Assembly (NCBI GenBank): GCA_964555525.1
Contig: CAZKTR010000001.1
Location: 1-34,209 of the forward strand
Direction: 5' to 3'
Length of the DNA stretch: 34,209 nt
DNA from: an uncultured Pirellulaceae bacterium
GTDB taxonomy: Bacteria > Planctomycetota > Planctomycetia > Pirellulales > Pirellulaceae
Positions 30,380-34,209 of the stretch are shown piece by piece; the first letter of the stretch is position 1; every line of letters starts with the position of its first letter. The translations under genes and the position numbers were made by a program. A model generated the notes under the pieces. It saw nothing but the letters and a program-made list of their open reading frames with translations. It ran no database searches and was not told where the DNA came from.

Positions 30380-30949
30380 ATGTCAGTACAACAAAAGCAT
30401 GGCGGCGAGTTAAGCGACGAAGAGTTTCGAAAGTTCACGTTGTATTGCAACCAAAGCAACAACCGCCATGACGACACAAAGCGTGCGGAAATACTTGGGC
30501 AAACCGGCGAAGGCGTAAGGATAGCCCCCGGTGCGATCGTAAGAATCCGTGGCAACCAGATTGGCGAAAAGAGCTATATTGGTCTCTACAGTTACGTAAA
30601 CGGGGATGTAGAGATTGGTAAGAATGTCTTGATCGGCCCGACGGCCAACATTGTCGGCTCGAATCATGTCTATAATCCTGAAGACGATTTCTTTAGCAGC
30701 AGAAGCGACGATGTTGCCGGCAAAGTCGTGATTGAAGACGGTGCATGGTTGACCGGCGGTGTGACAATAACGCCTGGCTGTAGGGTGGGACGGTGTGCTC
30801 TGATATGTGCAAATTCTGTGGTCACAAGCGACATTCCAGACTACGCAATCGCCGCCGGGACACCAGCGAAAGTCATCGGGCGCATTGACCCTGGAACGGG
30901 AAAATACCATTGGTTCCATCGAGAAAACGACAATGCTCAATCTGGCTAG
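30380..30949 (+). CDS. Hexapeptide-repeat (LbetaH) acyltransferase, maltose/galactoside O-acetyltransferase-like
   Basis: IGEKSYIG, VEIGKNVLIGP, SNH, VVIEDGAWL, ANSVVTSDIPDYAIAAGTPAKVI. Confidence 0.9.
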   Translation: MSVQQKHGGELSDEEFRKFTLYCNQSNNRHDDTKRAEILGQTGEGVRIAPGAIVRIRGNQIGEKSYIGLYSYVNGDVEIGKNVLIGPTANIVGSNHVYNPEDDFFSSRSDDVAGKVVIEDGAWLTGGVTITPGCRVGRCALICANSVVTSDIPDYAIAAGTPAKVIGRIDPGTGKYHWFHRENDNAQSG

Positions 30950-33119
30950 AACGCATGACTTCCAAGTCCATCTATCGCCTAGTCAAGCGTATCCGGCAGC
31001 GGTTAACCCACCCAGTTTTAATTGGCCAGAAAATTTAGTTGCTCAGCAATATCGGCTAGAGCTGAAGAACGTCACCAATGGAAAACAGTGGACTTGGGAA
31101 CAAGTCAATTCACCAATGCAACTGCCGCATAAGCTCTCTGTCGGTCAGTACCAGTGGCGTTTGGTTGCGACATCAGATTCGACGCCTGAACAGGCTTCGG
31201 AATGGCTTGACTTTCAGATATCCGAACAGCTGCCAAACTACGTGGCACCGACTGCAAGCGAACTGTTTGAAAAGTGCGACGGGCATCAGCAGTGGTTAAT
31301 GTATTTCGATGAAGACATTGAAACCGTTAAGTCGCATAGTCGCGACATATATCCCAAACTTAAACACACTGCGTCAGTGTCAGTTGCAAGGCAGCAAATT
31401 AGCTTCCCCAACCACTACCAGCGGGGGCAAGAGGAAGGCAAACGCGAAGCCATTGCAAATGTCAGAAAGTGGATTGATCGTGACCTTATTTCACATACGA
31501 TTCTGTATCGCGTTTGGGGAGAAGAGGCACATGGCCAGGAAGCGCTGCAACGACTGTTGCAGTTTGCCGAATGGAGTCTCGAAGGACCGGCGTCTCTGTT
31601 GCGACCATGTACTTGGGGCGACGAAGTGGGTTGTTCGTTGGCTCGTAATATATTTCTCGCCTATCATTGGCTCAGTCCGCTTTTGAACGACAACGAAAAA
31701 AGACTTTTTCTCCGACCGATGTTGGTTCGGCTGGCTCGGCAGATTTCTCAACGACTTGCCGAAGATGACTTTACAAACCATCCGGGGCACTCGCATACGT
31801 CTCGGTTGCCAGCTTATCTGGGCATTGCGGCATTAACGCTATACCGTGAACACGACCGAGATGAATGTGAGCAGTGGTTGACCGATGCCTTGGAGGTTTT
31901 TCGAGGAGTCCTGCCGTTTTATGGCGGGGCAGATGGAAGTTGGGTGGAAGGCCCCTTTTATGCATCGACTTATAGTAAGTGGTTCCATCCGTTCTTTTTA
32001 AGCGTTGAGCGACTTTCAGGTTTCTCGTTTTATGAGCATCCGTTTTATAGAAACTTCATCAATTTCGCCCGTGATTTTATCGCGCCGCAACAATCCATCC
32101 ATCCGTTTGGTGACGGGTTCTGGTGTCGAAGAGACGGTCAAGAATGGCCAGGATTTTTCGCGCAAAATCCTCTTAGGATCTACGCGGCAAGGTTTGGGGA
32201 TGAGGCCGACTATCAGCAATCTTTGGAACTGGAAGATTCAATTGAAGACTATCGTCTGCACCTGCTAGATGTTGTACCGACGATGAAACAAATTGAATTT
32301 GAAACGCTCGTTAAGACTAAAAAACCCAGCCCCGAAAAGGCGGTTCAACAAAGTGGGCTGAACCAATACTACGCCCATGCAGGCTTGGGGAAATTAACAC
32401 GACAGCAGATGTCGCTGTACTACCGGGCCAGTGCATTTGGAAACAGTTCGCACCGTCACGGAGACCAAGGGAATATTGGTTTCTTTGACAAGGGCGTTGG
32501 CATATTGATACCAACCGGCAGTTTTGGCTATCGCTTTGGCAGCAAACACCACAGCGAATGGACTCGCCAAACGATCGCCCACAACCTGCCGCTGGTCGGT
32601 CAGCAGGGTCAAAAGCTAGATGCACCAACCTCTGTAGGGCGAGTCCTGAGGCGCGAAACGGAAGCGAGTCATCATGTTGTTGTATTAGATTTGAGCGAGT
32701 CTTACGCTGAACCACTTGAGCGTTTTCATCGAACGATAATTTTGGTAGAAGGCGAGGGTTTGATCGTCTTCGACTCGATCGTTCTAAGTGAAAACAGAGA
32801 ACTGAATTGGCGTCTGCACAGTTCGCTTAAAGCCAAATTGGACGCTGATGACAATGCAGTTTTGCTTGACGCGCCAAGTGAAGACATTCAGCAGTACAGA
32901 TGTTCTTTGTTTAGCCATCGCGACTTGCAAGCCACGCTGACCCATGGTTACGCCGAAGAGCTCAGTATGCCTGGGAGAGCGATTGCTTCAGACGCGAAGG
33001 AAGACGTTGTTCATCTTAACTGGCAGTTAGCCCAAAGTCGTGAGCACAAAGTAATTGCGTGTTGTGTTAGGGAAAACAGTCCGCTAACTGAGGTTCGACG
33101 ATTGATTGACCGGATCTAA
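30933..33119 (+). CDS. DUF4962 / heparinase II/III-like polysaccharide lyase
   Basis: ATG at 30933 overlaps the acyltransferase end. NPPSFNWP N-terminus, [32 protein letters not shown] motifs. No obvious signal peptide. Confidence 0.8.
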   Translation: MLNLARTHDFQVHLSPSQAYPAAVNPPSFNWPENLVAQQYRLELKNVTNGKQWTWEQVNSPMQLPHKLSVGQYQWRLVATSDSTPEQASEWLDFQISEQLPNYVAPTASELFEKCDGHQQWLMYFDEDIETVKSHSRDIYPKLKHTASVSVARQQISFPNHYQRGQEEGKREAIANVRKWIDRDLISHTILYRVWGEEAHGQEALQRLLQFAEWSLEGPASLLRPCTWGDEVGCSLARNIFLAYHWLSPLLNDNEKRLFLRPMLVRLARQISQRLAEDDFTNHPGHSHTSRLPAYLGIAALTLYREHDRDECEQWLTDALEVFRGVLPFYGGADGSWVEGPFYASTYSKWFHPFFLSVERLSGFSFYEHPFYRNFINFARDFIAPQQSIHPFGDGFWCRRDGQEWPGFFAQNPLRIYAARFGDEADYQQSLELEDSIEDYRLHLLDVVPTMKQIEFETLVKTKKPSPEKAVQQSGLNQYYAHAGLGKLTRQQMSLYYRASAFGNSSHRHGDQGNIGFFDKGVGILIPTGSFGYRFGSKHHSEWTRQTIAHNLPLVGQQGQKLDAPTSVGRVLRRETEASHHVVVLDLSESYAEPLERFHRTIILVEGEGLIVFDSIVLSENRELNWRLHSSLKAKLDADDNAVLLDAPSEDIQQYRCSLFSHRDLQATLTHGYAEELSMPGRAIASDAKEDVVHLNWQLAQSREHKVIACCVRENSPLTEVRRLIDRI

Positions 33120-33139
33120 AAGGTGGTGCTGGTGATGAA

Positions 33140-33300
33140 GACTCATAAGTCGCCGTGATCACTCGCCCCTCTAGGTCGTGCTCTTCGATCCCCAAACCCA
33201 ATTCGACTTTCTTAGGCTTCTCTCTGCTCCAGATTGACGTGCCGCTGTAGCCCTTTTTCTTTGCGCAGTTCCAGCTTTTATGGTATCCCAATAAATCGTT
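33140..33300 (-). pseudogene. xth: Internal fragment of exodeoxyribonuclease III
   Basis: [52 protein letters not shown] carries the ExoIII KKGYSG and D.EGR.IT motifs. N-terminal (WNVNG, QETK) and C-terminal catalytic parts are absent. Confidence 0.85.
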
Positions 33301-33336
33301 TTCGCTTTGACGATGATTTGAGCGTTTGAATCGAGC

Positions 33337-33513
33337 AGTTTAACGACGAGCCGGCAGGCGACGGCGTCAGCGCCGCTTGGAGCATCACCGTTCCTATTCA
33401 CATCGACAGTAGTTGAACAACATCGAAGTCATATGGCAACTTAGCTGCTTAGCGGAAACGCGTTGCAAGGTGGCCCCGTGAAACGCCTACGCCTTCCGGC
33501 TCGTCGTTAAACT
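33337..33513. repeat. Palindromic MITE/REPIN-like element, copy 2 (177 bp)
   Basis: Same terminal inverted repeats as 30014-30187; roughly 85% identical by manual alignment, same orientation. Confidence 0.88.
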
Positions 33514-33525
33514 CAAACGCTTAGG

Positions 33526-33544
33526 AGGCGACGGCGTCAGCGCC
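33526..33544. repeat. Partial third copy of the repeat's left arm
   Basis: AGGCGACGGCGTCAGCGCC is identical to 33356-33374. Confidence 0.7.
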
Positions 33545-33807
33545 ACCCCAAAAAAACACCGATCACAAACACGCAAACGAAAAAAAACATCAGCTAGGGT
33601 GCCGTGTTTGCGCGATCAGAAATGGACTAACTAGAAAGCCCCTGTGCTTGTTAGTCGATGGCGCCAACGGTACAAACCTTCTAAACGGACTTTGATCTAG
33701 CGGCCAGTAATAGTTGGCGGTAAATATTTTCGCAGTTGTTACGAATACCAAAACAAGACAACCTAACTTTAATTGTCTGTTTTCGTGTTCTTCGTGCAAG
33801 CTGCCAA

Positions 33808-34209
33808 ATGGAATCCAACAAGTTCGTTCAAACCACTGCCCCAACGCCGACTCTTGTAGGCCGCAAACGGTATTTCTTGGTGCCAGCGGCGCTCTTGGTC
33901 GCATACTTTTGCTACCTAGCTTTCGCCGAACCGCTGATATACTCCGTCGACTTCGATAAAGCGAAGATGCTTTTCGCCGGCATGGCAGTTTTCCTTTTCA
34001 TTGGCCTGCTTGTCTGGGCCGACAAGGAAAATGACAAAGACAAATTATGGGAAGAGCTTCTAAACAAACGCTTAGCGAATTCAGACCGCACTAAGCTCGC
34101 CGATGTTCAGCTTGCGAACCTACTTCCTGACGAAAGCCACAAACTAGCAGCCGCTCTAGAAGCTCCCATGGTGTCCAACTTCGATTCTTCGGACACGCCT
34201 GGCTTACAA
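33808..34209 (+). CDS. Hypothetical membrane protein, 3'-truncated by window edge
   Basis: Not in the ORF track because it has no stop. MESNKFVQTTAPTPTLVGRKRYFLVPAALLVAYFCYLAF...MLFAGMAVFLFIGLLVWADKE...; open to the end, two hydrophobic segments. Confidence 0.6.
   Translation, partial: MESNKFVQTTAPTPTLVGRKRYFLVPAALLVAYFCYLAFAEPLIYSVDFDKAKMLFAGMAVFLFIGLLVWADKENDKDKLWEELLNKRLANSDRTKLADVQLANLLPDESHKLAAALEAPMVSNFDSSDTPGLQ

Noticed and set aside
30015-33512. Repeats as integron attC sites (ends GTTTAAC = RYYYAAC and GTTAAAC = GTTRRRY)
   Set aside because: At ~175 bp they are longer than usual attC sites. The arms pair continuously with no unpaired spacer or extrahelical bases. Copy 1 follows housekeeping gltD and no integrase is in the window. 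IntegronFinder would settle it.
30014-33544. CRISPR array
   Set aside because: Only two long copies 3.3 kb apart, with no regular repeat-spacer periodicity and no cas genes.

Overview
Bacterial genomic window, probably from a planctomycete (inferred from the Pro-rich LysM membrane protein, the giant TPR/C39-like protein and the REP-like palindromes; not provable from sequence alone). Positions 1-15.6 kb are the 3' part of an unusual NRPS gene cluster. It contains a 5'-truncated NRPS whose Asn-code A domain is interrupted by a ~340-aa PP-loop (SGGKDS) domain like the AlbIV/CysH AMDH insertion, and a C-A-T-TE NRPS with a His-like code and a Cys-nucleophile thioesterase. Also present are two HTTM-like membrane proteins, an ABC exporter, a methyltransferase fusion, an Sfp-type PPTase and a prolyl-PCP-dehydrogenase-like acyl-CoA dehydrogenase. 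Positions 15.9-30 kb look like core genome: a LysM protein, a SLOG/MoCo-carrier-like protein, a TPR-peptidase and gltBD. Positions 30-33.5 kb are an accessory segment (hexapeptide acyltransferase, heparinase II/III-like lyase, exonuclease III fragment) bracketed by two ~175-bp palindromic MITE/REPIN-like elements. A partial membrane-protein gene runs off the right edge.
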